Made by a program: the position numbers and the translations under genes. A model generated the notes under the pieces. It saw only the letters and a list, made by a program, of their open reading frames with translations, had not been told where the DNA came from and made no database searches. This document shows, piece by piece, positions 50,968-61,500 of a DNA stretch of 64,000 nt. This DNA is from Candidatus Latescibacterota bacterium (GTDB taxonomy: Bacteria > Latescibacterota > UBA2968). Position 1 is the first letter of the stretch. Each line of letters opens with the position of its first letter. The stretch is taken from assembly GCA_965222605.1 (NCBI GenBank), contig OZ244960.1:4256001-4320000 (forward strand). The letters are read 5' to 3'.

Positions 50968-51288
50968 ATGACATTCCTCGAAACATCTGTATTTACACGT
51001 TGCGTTCAAAATGTACTGACCGACGATAGTTATCACCGCTTGCAACTTCTGTTGATACATCGCCCCGATACGGGTGTTGTTATTCCCGGTAGCGGTGGTA
51101 TAAGAAAGATGCGGTGGTCTCCACCGGGACACGGCAAGCGCGGTGGCGTTCGCATCATTTACTATTGGGCAGTGAAGAAGCAGCAAATTTTGATGCTTTT
51201 GATGTATTCAAAAAGTGAGCGAGATGATCTAACGTCAGCACAGCTCAGAATTTTAAGACGCGTTGTTGAGCAGGAGTATCCAAAATGA
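50968..51288 (+). CDS. Type II TA toxin, RelE/HigB-like
   Basis: FLETSVF...IPGSGGIRKMRW...GKRGGVRIIYY...YSKSERDDL. Confidence 0.88.
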   Translation: MTFLETSVFTRCVQNVLTDDSYHRLQLLLIHRPDTGVVIPGSGGIRKMRWSPPGHGKRGGVRIIYYWAVKKQQILMLLMYSKSERDDLTSAQLRILRRVVEQEYPK

Positions 51289-51626
51289 AAAAAGAACTGT
51301 TTGATGATTTACTCCAAAGTGTGCGTGAGGGAGGTGCTATTATGCGCGGTGAGATGGCACCGAGTCGCGTATTTGATTTTACGCCTTTGGATGTCAAAGC
51401 CATTCGCGAAAAGCTCAATAAGTCTCAACATGAATTTGCACTCATGATCGGTGTGAGTACGTCAACGCTACAAGATTGGGAAAAAGAGTGTTGCATTCCC
51501 CAGAGGGTTGCCCGTGCAGTATTAAAAATTGTGGAAAAGAATCCTCAAGAGTTTGCCGAGGTATTAGAGGTGTGCAAAAAATCTCTTGTAGGGAAGCCAC
51601 AGATTTCGTCCCGTCAACAGGATTAA
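51285..51626 (+). CDS. HigA-like XRE-HTH antitoxin
   Basis: ATGA overlap with the toxin; DVKAIREKLNKSQHEFALMIGVSTSTLQDWE. Confidence 0.85.
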   Translation: MKKELFDDLLQSVREGGAIMRGEMAPSRVFDFTPLDVKAIREKLNKSQHEFALMIGVSTSTLQDWEKECCIPQRVARAVLKIVEKNPQEFAEVLEVCKKSLVGKPQISSRQQD

Positions 51627-51708
51627 GTTCATCCTGAGCTATGACAAGCGAATCTTAAAACAAAAAGCGGAGCATTGACAAGTGCTTCGCTTTTTTTAGG
51701 CTTGCAAT

Positions 51709-53886
51709 ATGAAACGCGATGCAAAAAAAATTATAATACGAGGTGTAAAGGGAGAGGTGTGCATTCAGCGGATGGCGCATGGGTTTCCGCATATTACGGC
51801 GCAGGATGAGGGGGATCGGTATTACGGTTTGGGTTATGCACATGGCCGGGACCGACAGATGCACATGTGGTTGCTCAAGCTCATCGGGCGTGGGAATGCG
51901 TCGGAATATCTGAAAGCGGATGAGAATTTGATTGAGGTAGATCGGTTTATGCGCTGGCTCAATATAGCTGGTGATGCGGATCGGGAAGCGCGGCATTTGT
52001 CACCTGAAGTGCAAGCGGTTCTGGATGCGTATTGCCAGGGGGTGAACCAGGCGGTTCGCGCAACGGGAACGCCTTTTGAATTTAAGATGATGGGATATCG
52101 ACCGGATGATTGGACGCCGGCAGATGCCTTGCTGATGGTTAAGCTGATCGGTTTTGTGGGGCTTTCCCAAATGCAGGGCGATATGGAAAAGTTGATTGTT
52201 CAGTTGATTCAAAAGGGCGTGGATACCGAGCGGTTAAAGGAGCTTTTTCCTGCGATTCGGGATGATATATCAGAAGAGTACATCGATCTAATAAAGAAGG
52301 TGCAGATAGTGCGTCCGATGATTCCGGGATCTGTGGTATGGCGCGATTTGTTGCCCAATTTTTCTGCGAGCAATAACTGGGCTGTTCGTCCGTCAAAGAC
52401 GGCATCTGGATGGGCGATGTTGTGCGGGGATCCACATCTGCAATTGCAATTGCCTTCGGTGTGGTATCTGGCGGTTCTGTCCGGGGGGCAGGACTATTTG
52501 ATGGGTGCGACTCTGCCGGGATTGCCCTTTGTGGCAATGGGACGGTCACCCCACTTGTCGTGGGCAGCGACCTATGGTACTGCCGATGTGTGTGATTATT
52601 TTGTCGAGGAAGTGAAAGATGGAAAGTACAGATGCGGGGATAAATGGATGCCTCTGCGTGTGCGAGAAGAGGTTATCCGACTCAAAAAGGGGGATCCAAT
52701 AAGGTTGCGCGTTTGCGAGACAGAACGCGGTTTGTTGGAAGGGGAGGTCAATGAGGATGGGTATTACCTGTGTTACGCGTGGACGGGCAAGCAGCAAAAA
52801 GGGACGGGTGCGGATTCGCTGGATTGTGTTTTGCGAATTACAAAGGCGGAGGGCGTCGAAGAGGCACGGGATTATTTTGCGGGGTTGACGTTTGCTCCGT
52901 TTAATTGGGTGTTTGCAGATCGGGCGGGAAATATTGGCTATCAACTCGGCGGGCTGGTGCCCAAACAACCCGAAGGTTCATCGGGTTTGCTTCCGTATTT
53001 GGGTTGGGATGAGAAACAGAATTGGGGCGGGATGGTCGATCCGATATTGTATCCGCGCGCGGTCAATCCTGATTTTATTGTGACGGCAAATCAGGATCTC
53101 AATTTTATGGGGCAGTTCGCGCCAATGAAATTGTCTATCTCGTCTTATCGCGCGGATCGAATCTGTGAGATATTGCGGGAAAAGGATGATTTAACAGTAG
53201 AAGATATGAAGCGGATTCACTACGATCTTTACGCGCTTCAGGCCAGGGATTTTATGGCGATTATACGTCCGTTATTACCCGAATCGGAGAACGGGGGTAT
53301 ATTGGGGGAATGGGATTTGTGTTATGATGCGGATTCTCTGGGTGCGACGCTTTTTGAGCGCGTTTATCGCGAGCTCGTTTTTCTCGTTTTTGGGGATAAT
53401 GGCCTGGGGCGCGAGATGATGGTGCATTTGCTGGATGGAACGACGCTGTTCAGTGTTCTGCACGGCTATTTTGATCGCATTCTTTTGAGCGAGGCATCAA
53501 TCTGGTTTGGAGACCAGCCGCGCGAAGCCCTGTATCAAATGGCGATTGAACGCGGGTTAAAAGAAAAAGCCGTGCCGCACGGTGAAGCGAGTAAAGTTTA
53601 TATTGAGCATATTTTTTTTAAGGGGAAGTTGCCGCGGTTTTTGGGATTTGATTATTCGTTTGCAAATATTGGCAGCCGGTCAACGGTTTCTCAGGCCGGC
53701 TTGTTCAAAGGCGGCGCGCTTGCGCCAACTTTTCGAATGATTTGCGATTTTGGGGAGGATGTGCTACACGCGAATGTTGCAGGGGGTGCTTCAGATCGAC
53801 GTTTTTCCAAATTCTATACGTCGGGGTTGGATGCGTGGGGAAGGGGGGATTACGAGGTTTTAGACCCGTTGGGGAATGACTGCTAA
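51709..53886 (+). CDS. Penicillin acylase family (Ntn-hydrolase) protein
   Basis: GFPHI, GLGYAHGRDR, SNNWAV, DPHL and TANQ motifs. Confidence 0.92.
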   Translation: MKRDAKKIIIRGVKGEVCIQRMAHGFPHITAQDEGDRYYGLGYAHGRDRQMHMWLLKLIGRGNASEYLKADENLIEVDRFMRWLNIAGDADREARHLSPEVQAVLDAYCQGVNQAVRATGTPFEFKMMGYRPDDWTPADALLMVKLIGFVGLSQMQGDMEKLIVQLIQKGVDTERLKELFPAIRDDISEEYIDLIKKVQIVRPMIPGSVVWRDLLPNFSASNNWAVRPSKTASGWAMLCGDPHLQLQLPSVWYLAVLSGGQDYLMGATLPGLPFVAMGRSPHLSWAATYGTADVCDYFVEEVKDGKYRCGDKWMPLRVREEVIRLKKGDPIRLRVCETERGLLEGEVNEDGYYLCYAWTGKQQKGTGADSLDCVLRITKAEGVEEARDYFAGLTFAPFNWVFADRAGNIGYQLGGLVPKQPEGSSGLLPYLGWDEKQNWGGMVDPILYPRAVNPDFIVTANQDLNFMGQFAPMKLSISSYRADRICEILREKDDLTVEDMKRIHYDLYALQARDFMAIIRPLLPESENGGILGEWDLCYDADSLGATLFERVYRELVFLVFGDNGLGREMMVHLLDGTTLFSVLHGYFDRILLSEASIWFGDQPREALYQMAIERGLKEKAVPHGEASKVYIEHIFFKGKLPRFLGFDYSFANIGSRSTVSQAGLFKGGALAPTFRMICDFGEDVLHANVAGGASDRRFSKFYTSGLDAWGRGDYEVLDPLGNDC

Positions 53887-55256
53887 AAGCTGGTCGCTCT
53901 GCCAATGCCTTTGAGTTTTTGATTTTTTTTGGCGCGCTGGTCAATTTTTTCAGGGGCGACGATGTTGTGGAGGTCGGCGCGAAGGTCGGAGAGGATGTCG
54001 GCACAGGTGGGGTTGTCGGCGCGATTCTCAATTTCGTCGGGGTCGTTAGCGACGTTGAATAATTGATCGGGAAGGCCGACGTAGTGGATGTATTTCCAGT
54101 CGCCTTTTTTGATCATAAAGCCGCCAGTTAGAGCACCGAGGGCGTGGTATTCGCTAAAGATGGGGCGGTCGGGGAAGGCGTGACCGCTGATGGCGGGTAG
54201 AAGGCTGCTACCGGGCAGTGGCGCGGGGTCCTGTTCGGCGAGGTCGAGAAGGGTGGGGAGGATGTCGATGAGGTTGGCTCCTGCGGCGATGCGCTGGTTG
54301 CCCGCGGCATTCGGGTGGCGAATGATCATGGGGACGCGAACGGCGCGTTCGTAGAAGCATTGTTTTTGCCATATACCGTGGTGCCCGCCCATTTCGCCGT
54401 GGTCGCTGACGTAGATGACAACGGTGTTGTCGCGCAGGGATGAGTTATCGACAATATCGAGCAGGCGACCAATGAGGTAATCGGTGAAAGAGATGAGGCC
54501 GTAGTAAGCAGCGGTTGCAGTGGTGGAGATGGCGTCGTCTAAGGGTTCTTCATTGCGCAGCCAGTAGCGGAGTTGCTGTATAGAGGGGTGTTGGGTGTCG
54601 CAGGGTTCGGTTCTCGTGTGTGGCAAGATGACGCGGTCGGGATAGTAACGGTCGAAGTATTCCCGCGGGCACAGGAGGGGGAAGTGGGGGTTTATGAAGC
54701 CGGTGTAGAGGAGAAAGGGACGGTCGGCGTGCGCGCGGGATTTGAGGAAGCGTTCGGAGAGGTCGGCGGCTGTGTGGTCGTAGTCGTTTTGCCAGTTTTC
54801 GTCGGAGCCGCATTCGGTGACGTGGCTGTTGCTGGCGCGCCGGGCGTCGGGTGTGCGCGAGGGGGCACTCATATTCCAGTGTTTCCATTTTTCGGCGTCG
54901 TCCATGAGTCGCTTGCCAAAGCCGTGCAGGCGTTCGGGACCTATGAAATGGGAGCGACCGCAAATTGCGGTTTCATAGCCGGCGGCTTCGAGGTAGCTGC
55001 CCATTGTGGGGATTGAACTCGCGAGGGGCGAGCCGTTGTCCCAGGTGCCGATCTGGTGGACGTATTGCCCGGTCATAAAGGACATGCGCGCCGGTACGCA
55101 TATCGGGCAGGCGGTATAGGCATTGTCAAAGGTGGTGCCTTCGGATGCGAGGCGATTCAGGTGTGGTGTTTCGATATAAGGATGGCCGTAACAGCCGGTG
55201 ACTGCGGGGTCGTGTTCATCGCTCATGATGAGCAAGATGTTGGGACGCTGGCTCAT
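53883..55256 (-). CDS. Sulfatase (choline-sulfatase-like)
   Basis: PNILLIMSDEH, CPICVPAR, SDHGEM and SEYHA motifs. Confidence 0.92.
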   Translation of the reverse strand: MSQRPNILLIMSDEHDPAVTGCYGHPYIETPHLNRLASEGTTFDNAYTACPICVPARMSFMTGQYVHQIGTWDNGSPLASSIPTMGSYLEAAGYETAICGRSHFIGPERLHGFGKRLMDDAEKWKHWNMSAPSRTPDARRASNSHVTECGSDENWQNDYDHTAADLSERFLKSRAHADRPFLLYTGFINPHFPLLCPREYFDRYYPDRVILPHTRTEPCDTQHPSIQQLRYWLRNEEPLDDAISTTATAAYYGLISFTDYLIGRLLDIVDNSSLRDNTVVIYVSDHGEMGGHHGIWQKQCFYERAVRVPMIIRHPNAAGNQRIAAGANLIDILPTLLDLAEQDPAPLPGSSLLPAISGHAFPDRPIFSEYHALGALTGGFMIKKGDWKYIHYVGLPDQLFNVANDPDEIENRADNPTCADILSDLRADLHNIVAPEKIDQRAKKNQKLKGIGRATSF

Positions 55257-55272
55257 GCTAATATCTCCTGAT
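55245..55272 (+). repeat. 28-bp direct repeat, left copy
   Basis: ACGCTGGCTCATGCTAATATCTCCTGAT; 25/28 identical to 56064-56091. Confidence 0.8.
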
Positions 55273-55277
55273 CCGGG

Positions 55278-56045
55278 TCAGGCCTGGTACAGATTCTCTG
55301 TTGGGATGTCGGTGATCATTGCGTGGCCAGGGGTGTAGGATATCATGAACGGGAGCTTGGCCTGCTCGGCGACAATGCGGGGTGTGATGCCGCAAGCCCA
55401 ATACAAGCGGTCCGTTCCTTCGGGTACATCAAACGGGTGACCGTTCATGTTGACGTTCAGCTCTTCGATGCCAAGTTCGTCCGCATTGTTTCTTCCGATT
55501 GGGGCGCCGTGACACCCGGGGAAGTGGCTGGTGAATTCCCATACATCGTCGATCACGGCCGGATCGAATGAGCGGATGGTGACGGCCATGTTGCCTGAGA
55601 AGGGTCCGACTGTTTCGCACGGGAGCGACGTGAGTTGGATGGTCGGTCCGAATGCGGCGGGGTAGCCTTTCTCGGTCAAGAGGCCGTCGAAGGAGACGCT
55701 CGATCCGATCAGGAAGGTAACGGTTCGGTCGTCGAACAAGTCCACGATGTCCTGTCGGAGTTCGGTGACTTCGCCATCGCGTACGATGTCGTATGAACCC
55801 AGGTCGGTTCGGATGTCGAGGGCGCGTGCATACTCGGGGCAGTCTGTTTGGCCGGGTTCCATTTTAGCGATCAGCGGGCAGGGTTTCGGGTTGGCGCGAC
55901 AGAATGCCTCGAAATCGTCGGCGTAGTCTATGTCCAGAAAGGCGACGTTGACGCACAGGTAGCCGGGAAGGGCTTGGGATGCGAAGCCTTCGAGTTCGTT
56001 GGCCCTACAAGCGATTCTGACGTCTAACGGTGTTTTGAATTTCAT
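55278..56045 (-). CDS. DUF1445 / D-glutamate cyclase-like putative hydro-lyase
   Basis: Start MKFKTP (GGAG RBS); FCRANPKPCPL, DIRTD, HGAP, WACGITP and TPGHAMITD motifs. Confidence 0.85.
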   Translation of the reverse strand: MKFKTPLDVRIACRANELEGFASQALPGYLCVNVAFLDIDYADDFEAFCRANPKPCPLIAKMEPGQTDCPEYARALDIRTDLGSYDIVRDGEVTELRQDIVDLFDDRTVTFLIGSSVSFDGLLTEKGYPAAFGPTIQLTSLPCETVGPFSGNMAVTIRSFDPAVIDDVWEFTSHFPGCHGAPIGRNNADELGIEELNVNMNGHPFDVPEGTDRLYWACGITPRIVAEQAKLPFMISYTPGHAMITDIPTENLYQA

Positions 56046-56063
56046 GTTGCGCTCTCCATTGAA

Positions 56064-56091
56064 ACGCTGACTCGTGCTAATATCTCCCGAT
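56064..56091 (+). repeat. 28-bp direct repeat, right copy
   Basis: ACGCTGACTCGTGCTAATATCTCCCGAT. Confidence 0.8.
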
Positions 56092-57507
56092 GCGCTGGGG
56101 ACCGGGATCAGCGCATATAACGGTGTGGTCAAAATTTTGTTTGATGAGTTGGTATTTCAGATCTGTGTGGGATGGGTCTTCCCAGAGGTTGTGAAATTCA
56201 TCGGGGTCTTCTCGAAGATCGTAGAGTTCGCCATAGTCTTCGTTGTGGTAAACGACGAGTTTGTAGTGGTCGTTGCGCAACATGGTTGCCCAACAGGGTT
56301 TGTGTTTTTCCGAGGTATTAGGGGCGAATTTATCGACGACATCGTAGTATTCACAGCGCACAAAGTCGTGGTGCGCGTGCCCGGGGTGTTCGCCCGTGAG
56401 AATGGGGATGAGAGATTTGCCGTGTGTCCATTCGAGAGAGATGCGGGCGAGGTCGGCGAGGGTGGGTGCAATGTCTAAGAGCGCGGTGAGGCCGTCTGCG
56501 CGGTGACCCTGCAGAAAAGTGCCGGGCCACGAGATAATGAGGGGAACCCGCACGAGGGCTTCGTAGAAGCGGCAACTTTTGCCGGTGAGGCCGTGATCGC
56601 CGAGCATTTCACCGTGGTCGCTCGTGAAGATGACGACGGTGTTTTCGCGCTGACCCGTGCGCTCAAGTGCATCGAGCATGCGACCGACGTTTTCGTCAAT
56701 GAGGGCGATCATGCCGTAGTAAGACGCTTTGTTGTGCTGTTCGCGGTCGCCGGGTGGGTTGCCTCCTTGCCCTGCAAAAAAGCGTTTGAGTCGCGAATGG
56801 ATTTGCAGGTCGCTTTCACAAAAAAGCGGTGGTGGCAGGTCGGCGGGATTGTATTTGTGCGTGTCGGGTGCGTCAAAAGGTCCGTGCGGGTCAAAGGGAT
56901 TGACGCTCATGAGCCAGGGGCTGTCGTGAGGGGATTCGATAAATTCAATGGCGCGGTCCGCACACCAGGTGGTCTGGTGATATTGGGGATTCATGTCGGG
57001 ACGGTAGTTGCCATATGTGCCGTCTTTTTTTGTTTGGAAGACATCGCCGAGGTCTATGCCCTGTTCGGTGAGCCAGTCGGTGTACTGGTTGCCTCTTCCG
57101 ATGCCTTGATTGTGTGAGTGGCTATACCAGAATTTGCGATACCCATCGTCAACGCGTTGTTCTTCGCCGTTCCAGGCAGAGGCGAGGTGGAGTTTGCCCG
57201 ATAAGCCGCAATCGTATCCGGCATCTGCGAGGCGTTTGGTGATGAGTTGTACGCGTTCATTTGCCGGGAAATAGGCATTGCCATTGCGATTGCCGTGTAC
57301 GGTACTGGAATAAAGCCCGGTGAGAAAGCTGGAACGACTGGGCGTGCATATCGCGCTTTGGCAGTGAGCGTGTGTAAATGCTACGCCCTCGGCGCAGAGG
57401 CGGTTGAGGTTGGGCGTTTGGATGTGTTCATTGCCGAGGGCGTGAATGGTGTCGTAGCGTTGTTGATCGGTGCAGATCCAGAGGATGTTGGGGCGTTTTG
57501 ATGCCAA
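56077..57507 (-). CDS. Sulfatase
   Basis: PNILWICTDQQR, CTPSR, GKLH and SDHGEM motifs. Confidence 0.93.
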   Translation of the reverse strand: MASKRPNILWICTDQQRYDTIHALGNEHIQTPNLNRLCAEGVAFTHAHCQSAICTPSRSSFLTGLYSSTVHGNRNGNAYFPANERVQLITKRLADAGYDCGLSGKLHLASAWNGEEQRVDDGYRKFWYSHSHNQGIGRGNQYTDWLTEQGIDLGDVFQTKKDGTYGNYRPDMNPQYHQTTWCADRAIEFIESPHDSPWLMSVNPFDPHGPFDAPDTHKYNPADLPPPLFCESDLQIHSRLKRFFAGQGGNPPGDREQHNKASYYGMIALIDENVGRMLDALERTGQRENTVVIFTSDHGEMLGDHGLTGKSCRFYEALVRVPLIISWPGTFLQGHRADGLTALLDIAPTLADLARISLEWTHGKSLIPILTGEHPGHAHHDFVRCEYYDVVDKFAPNTSEKHKPCWATMLRNDHYKLVVYHNEDYGELYDLREDPDEFHNLWEDPSHTDLKYQLIKQNFDHTVICADPGPQRIGRY

Positions 57508-57533
57508 GGTGTGATCTCAAGGTTAGACACAGA

Positions 57534-58370
57534 TTACGCGCTTTCGTGTTCTGCCCGCATTGCGTTAAAGAAACGCACATCAATGCGCGCCAGATCAATT
57601 ACGGTTTCTATCGGTTCACCGCTGTATTCGCTGTGGAAACTCACGGGGCCTTCAAAGTCCAATCCATCCAGTGTTTTTACCACCGCGGGCCAATCGCCAA
57701 ATCCCTGCCCCAGGCGCATTGTTCCACCCGCGGGCGCGCCCTGTACGGTTCGTCCCAGAGGTCGCTGGCGAATTAAGTCTTTAAATGCCAGGACTGAGAG
57801 ATACTCGCTCACAATATCCAGTGCCATTTCAATTGGCTCGCCACATATTGACAGGTGCCCCGGGTCGGAAAATACGCCGATGTGCTCGGGGTTGAATCCT
57901 TTGACCACGTTCATGACGGCACACGAATTTAATCCCATCGATTTGCCCGAATGGTTGTGTACCACGGTTTTTACGCCATATTTTTCCGACAATTTCTCAA
58001 AGCCTTCCATCCAGCCACGGATTTCATCCAACTGATCCCAGTAGTGTTTCTGATCCGACCAGTGCCAGTAGCCCAATTTCACATGCGCCACACCGGCTTC
58101 GCCCAACGCGCCGTAATAACGCTCGACGTAATCGATATCCGGGCGACTGAAATCGCCGGGAGCTGTTACCAGCGGAATACACAGCCCCGCTGCTTCAAAC
58201 TGTTTGGCGGCTTCGGGTAGTGCTTTGTCGATATTATCTGGATTTACAGGATATCCCTCTCGCACACACAAATCCGCGCCTTGCACGCCTACAGATTGAA
58301 GTGACTCAATAATTGTGGGTATGTCCTGACCTTCGAGGTGTTTTGTGAACATGATGTACGTGAGCTTCAT
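57534..58370 (-). CDS. Sugar phosphate isomerase/epimerase (TIM barrel)
   Basis: Start MKLTYIMF; HNHSG, DPGH, FKD and SFHSEY motifs. Confidence 0.85.
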   Translation of the reverse strand: MKLTYIMFTKHLEGQDIPTIIESLQSVGVQGADLCVREGYPVNPDNIDKALPEAAKQFEAAGLCIPLVTAPGDFSRPDIDYVERYYGALGEAGVAHVKLGYWHWSDQKHYWDQLDEIRGWMEGFEKLSEKYGVKTVVHNHSGKSMGLNSCAVMNVVKGFNPEHIGVFSDPGHLSICGEPIEMALDIVSEYLSVLAFKDLIRQRPLGRTVQGAPAGGTMRLGQGFGDWPAVVKTLDGLDFEGPVSFHSEYSGEPIETVIDLARIDVRFFNAMRAEHESA

Positions 58371-58585
58371 TTTCTTTCCTTTCTCTGGTGTATTGTTCGC
58401 ATTTGTGAGCACTTCAGGATACGCAATTGTGCGTCTAAAATCAATGGTGATGCGAAGCGCAAATCTTGACAGGCTGTGAAAAATGTATATGATATAGTCA
58501 AATTGTTGTGAAAAATGACGATGTGGTAGTCAGATGACCAGGTTTTGCATATTTTAGCATCCCGGTGCAAATGTAGGAAAGGACC

Positions 58586-61500
58586 ATGAAACTCAGTCGT
58601 TTTGCCATTTTTAAGCCCATCAGCACGATGATGATCGCACTTAGTCTCGTGGTGATGGGTTTTATTTCCCTGTTCAAGTTGCCGCTTGAATATTTGCCCA
58701 GCGTGACGTTCCCGGTTCTTTTTGTCTCTATCCGGTATCCTTCTTCGTCTCCTGAGGAAATCGAACGGTTTATCACGCGGCCAATTGAAGAGATATTGGG
58801 CACCATGCCCGGTATTGAAAATATGGGTTCCACATCCAATGAGTCTTCTTCGACTATTCGCCTGGAATTTGCAATGGATGTGGATATGGACCTCGTTGGC
58901 ATTCATCTGCGCGACCGCCTCGATCAGGTTCGCGCAGATTTGCCCGAAGACGTGGACTACATTGGTATTAAAAGTTTCGATACCGAAGATATTCCGGCTC
59001 TCGAATATACTGTTTCGTGGCTGGGTGAAGATCCCGAGGATCTCATCGCGGTTTACAACCAGCGTCTGTTGCCGAGATTGCAGCGGCTCGACGGTGTGGC
59101 AAGTGTTGAATTGAGGGGTTTACAGCAGAAAGATCTCCTCGTCGAAGTCGATCAGCGAGCTATGACCGCGCACAAATTGGATTTTCGCACCATCAATCGC
59201 GCGCTTCGCAGAAATAATATCAATATCTCGGCGGGTTATGTCACCGATGGCGACAAGCGCTTCGCTGTGCGAAGTGTGGGCGAGTTTGAGACTATTGACC
59301 AGATTCGCAATCTGCCCATTCGCCCAAATCTGACGCTGTCCGATGTTGCATCGGTTACTTACGATTATCCCCCCGCTCGCCGTTTTGATCGCCTCGATGG
59401 CGTGCCCTCGCTTTATCTTTCTGTACAAAAATCTTCGACTGCAAATATGGTCGATGTTTGCAAGCGCGCCCGCGAAGAACTCGCCCGCATCAACGAGGAG
59501 GTTGGCAAAGATAAACTCCGAATGCTTCTCGTTCGAGACCAGTCAACTGCTGTTATTGCCAGCATAACCAGTCTTAGCCAATCGGCGATTATGGGCGGTC
59601 TTTTAGCAGTTATTGCCATTTTTATTTTTCTTCGCAACTTCCGCAGTACGCTCATTATTGGCTCCGCTATTCCAATTAGCGCGCTCACGGTGTTTCTCAT
59701 AATGTATTTTTTGCGGCAATCTGGTACTGATATCACCTTGAACTTGATTTCGATGATGGGGCTGATGGTCGCGATTGGGATGCTCGTGGATCCCGCTGTT
59801 GTGGCTTTGGAGAATATTTTCCGCAAATGTTTTGATGAAGGTCAGGGTGCCACACAGGCAGCTCTTGAAGGCAGTGAGGAAATTGGTCTCCCGGTTCTGG
59901 CTGCAACGCTTACTACTGTCTGTGTATTTGTTCCGGTCATTTTTGTGACTGATTCGGGCACTTCGCTCTTTATGCGACAATTCTCTGTGACAGTTGTGGT
60001 ATCTGTTATTGCGTCGTTTTGCGTCGCGCTTTCCCTGATCCCGTTGGCCGCATCCCGTGCCTTCAATGAAGGAGGGCAGACGCTTGATCGCATTCTCAAA
60101 AGTATTTTGGTGCTCGCGGCCATTGTCGGGGTTGTTGCGTATATATATTATACGGATTTCAGTAAAGTTGATTACGCGGCTCTGTGGGACAGGATTGCCA
60201 TTACTATCAGTGCGTTGCCTTTGTTTGCCAAAATTGGTTTTCCCGCGGCAATTGCACTGACGATTTTTCTCTACCTCCGTTACCGCGCCATTGGTGCCAA
60301 AGCCTTCTACGCGAGGGTGGTCGCCAATACTCTGCACTACCGCTGGGCAACGCTATCCGCTGCCTGCGTTCTTCTCTTTTTTGGCAATCACATATACAGT
60401 AAAATAGAACAAGAACCCTTCCGTTATCAACCCAGCCGCGCGATCAGGCTGACGGTTGAGATGCCGCGGACGTACGATTTGGAGCAGGCGAGCAAAACGT
60501 TCAAAATAGCTGAAGACATACTCATTCCACTGAAAGAGGAAATCGACATAGAAGCTATTGCGACAAAGTTCAATACGGGTAACCGTCAGGGAAAGAGAAA
60601 TGCTCGTTTGACTATTTATCTCACGCCTGCAGAAGAGAGCAAGTTGACGACAGACGAGGTCCAGCGCAAGATCATAGCGCTTCTTCCGAAGGATATTCCC
60701 GGTGTGCGTTTCAGATCTCGCGGGGGCAAGTCAGGTGGGACTACGGGGGTGGGCGTTGAACTCAAAGGGCGCAGGCAGGAAATTCTGGCGGTCCTGGCCG
60801 AGGATATTGAAGCGAGTATGCAGGGTATGTCTGGCGTTCACGAGGTCGAAACCAGCCTTGAGACGGGTATGGAAGAGATTCGCGTGATTGTAAATCGCGA
60901 ACGGGCGCAGCGGTATGGTATATCGCCGCGCGATATTGCCACTAATATCGCTTCGGCACTCGGGTCGCGAGGAGCTTCCAGGTTCAAAACACCAGAGGGT
61001 GAAATCGATATTACTGTTCAACTCCGCGAAGAAGACCGCGCCACCCTCGAGCAGCTTAAGATAACGGAGTTTGAAAGCGATAAGGGCGGGATGGTCACTT
61101 TTTCAAGTCTGGCGGATTTCAATCTCATACAAGGCCCCAATGCCATTTCCCGTGAAGATCGCATGCCCACGCTGACAGTTTTTGCCAATACAGAGCAAAA
61201 AGCAGTATTCCAGGTGGGGCAGATTATGAAAGCACGCATGGAAAGCGTGCCCCTGCCTAAGGGATATACGTATCAAATGGACCGCCGCTTCAAGTCTATG
61301 AATGCAGAACAGGCGCAAGATTTTGAGACGATGATTTTCGCGCTGATTCTCATTTATATTATCATGGCGTCACTCTTTGAATCCTATGTCCATCCGCTCA
61401 CCATTATGTTCTGCATTTTCTTTGCATTCATCGGCGTGGCACTCGGTCTCTATACTTTTAAGATCGCTATGGATAGCAATGCCAAGTACGGCCTTCTGGT

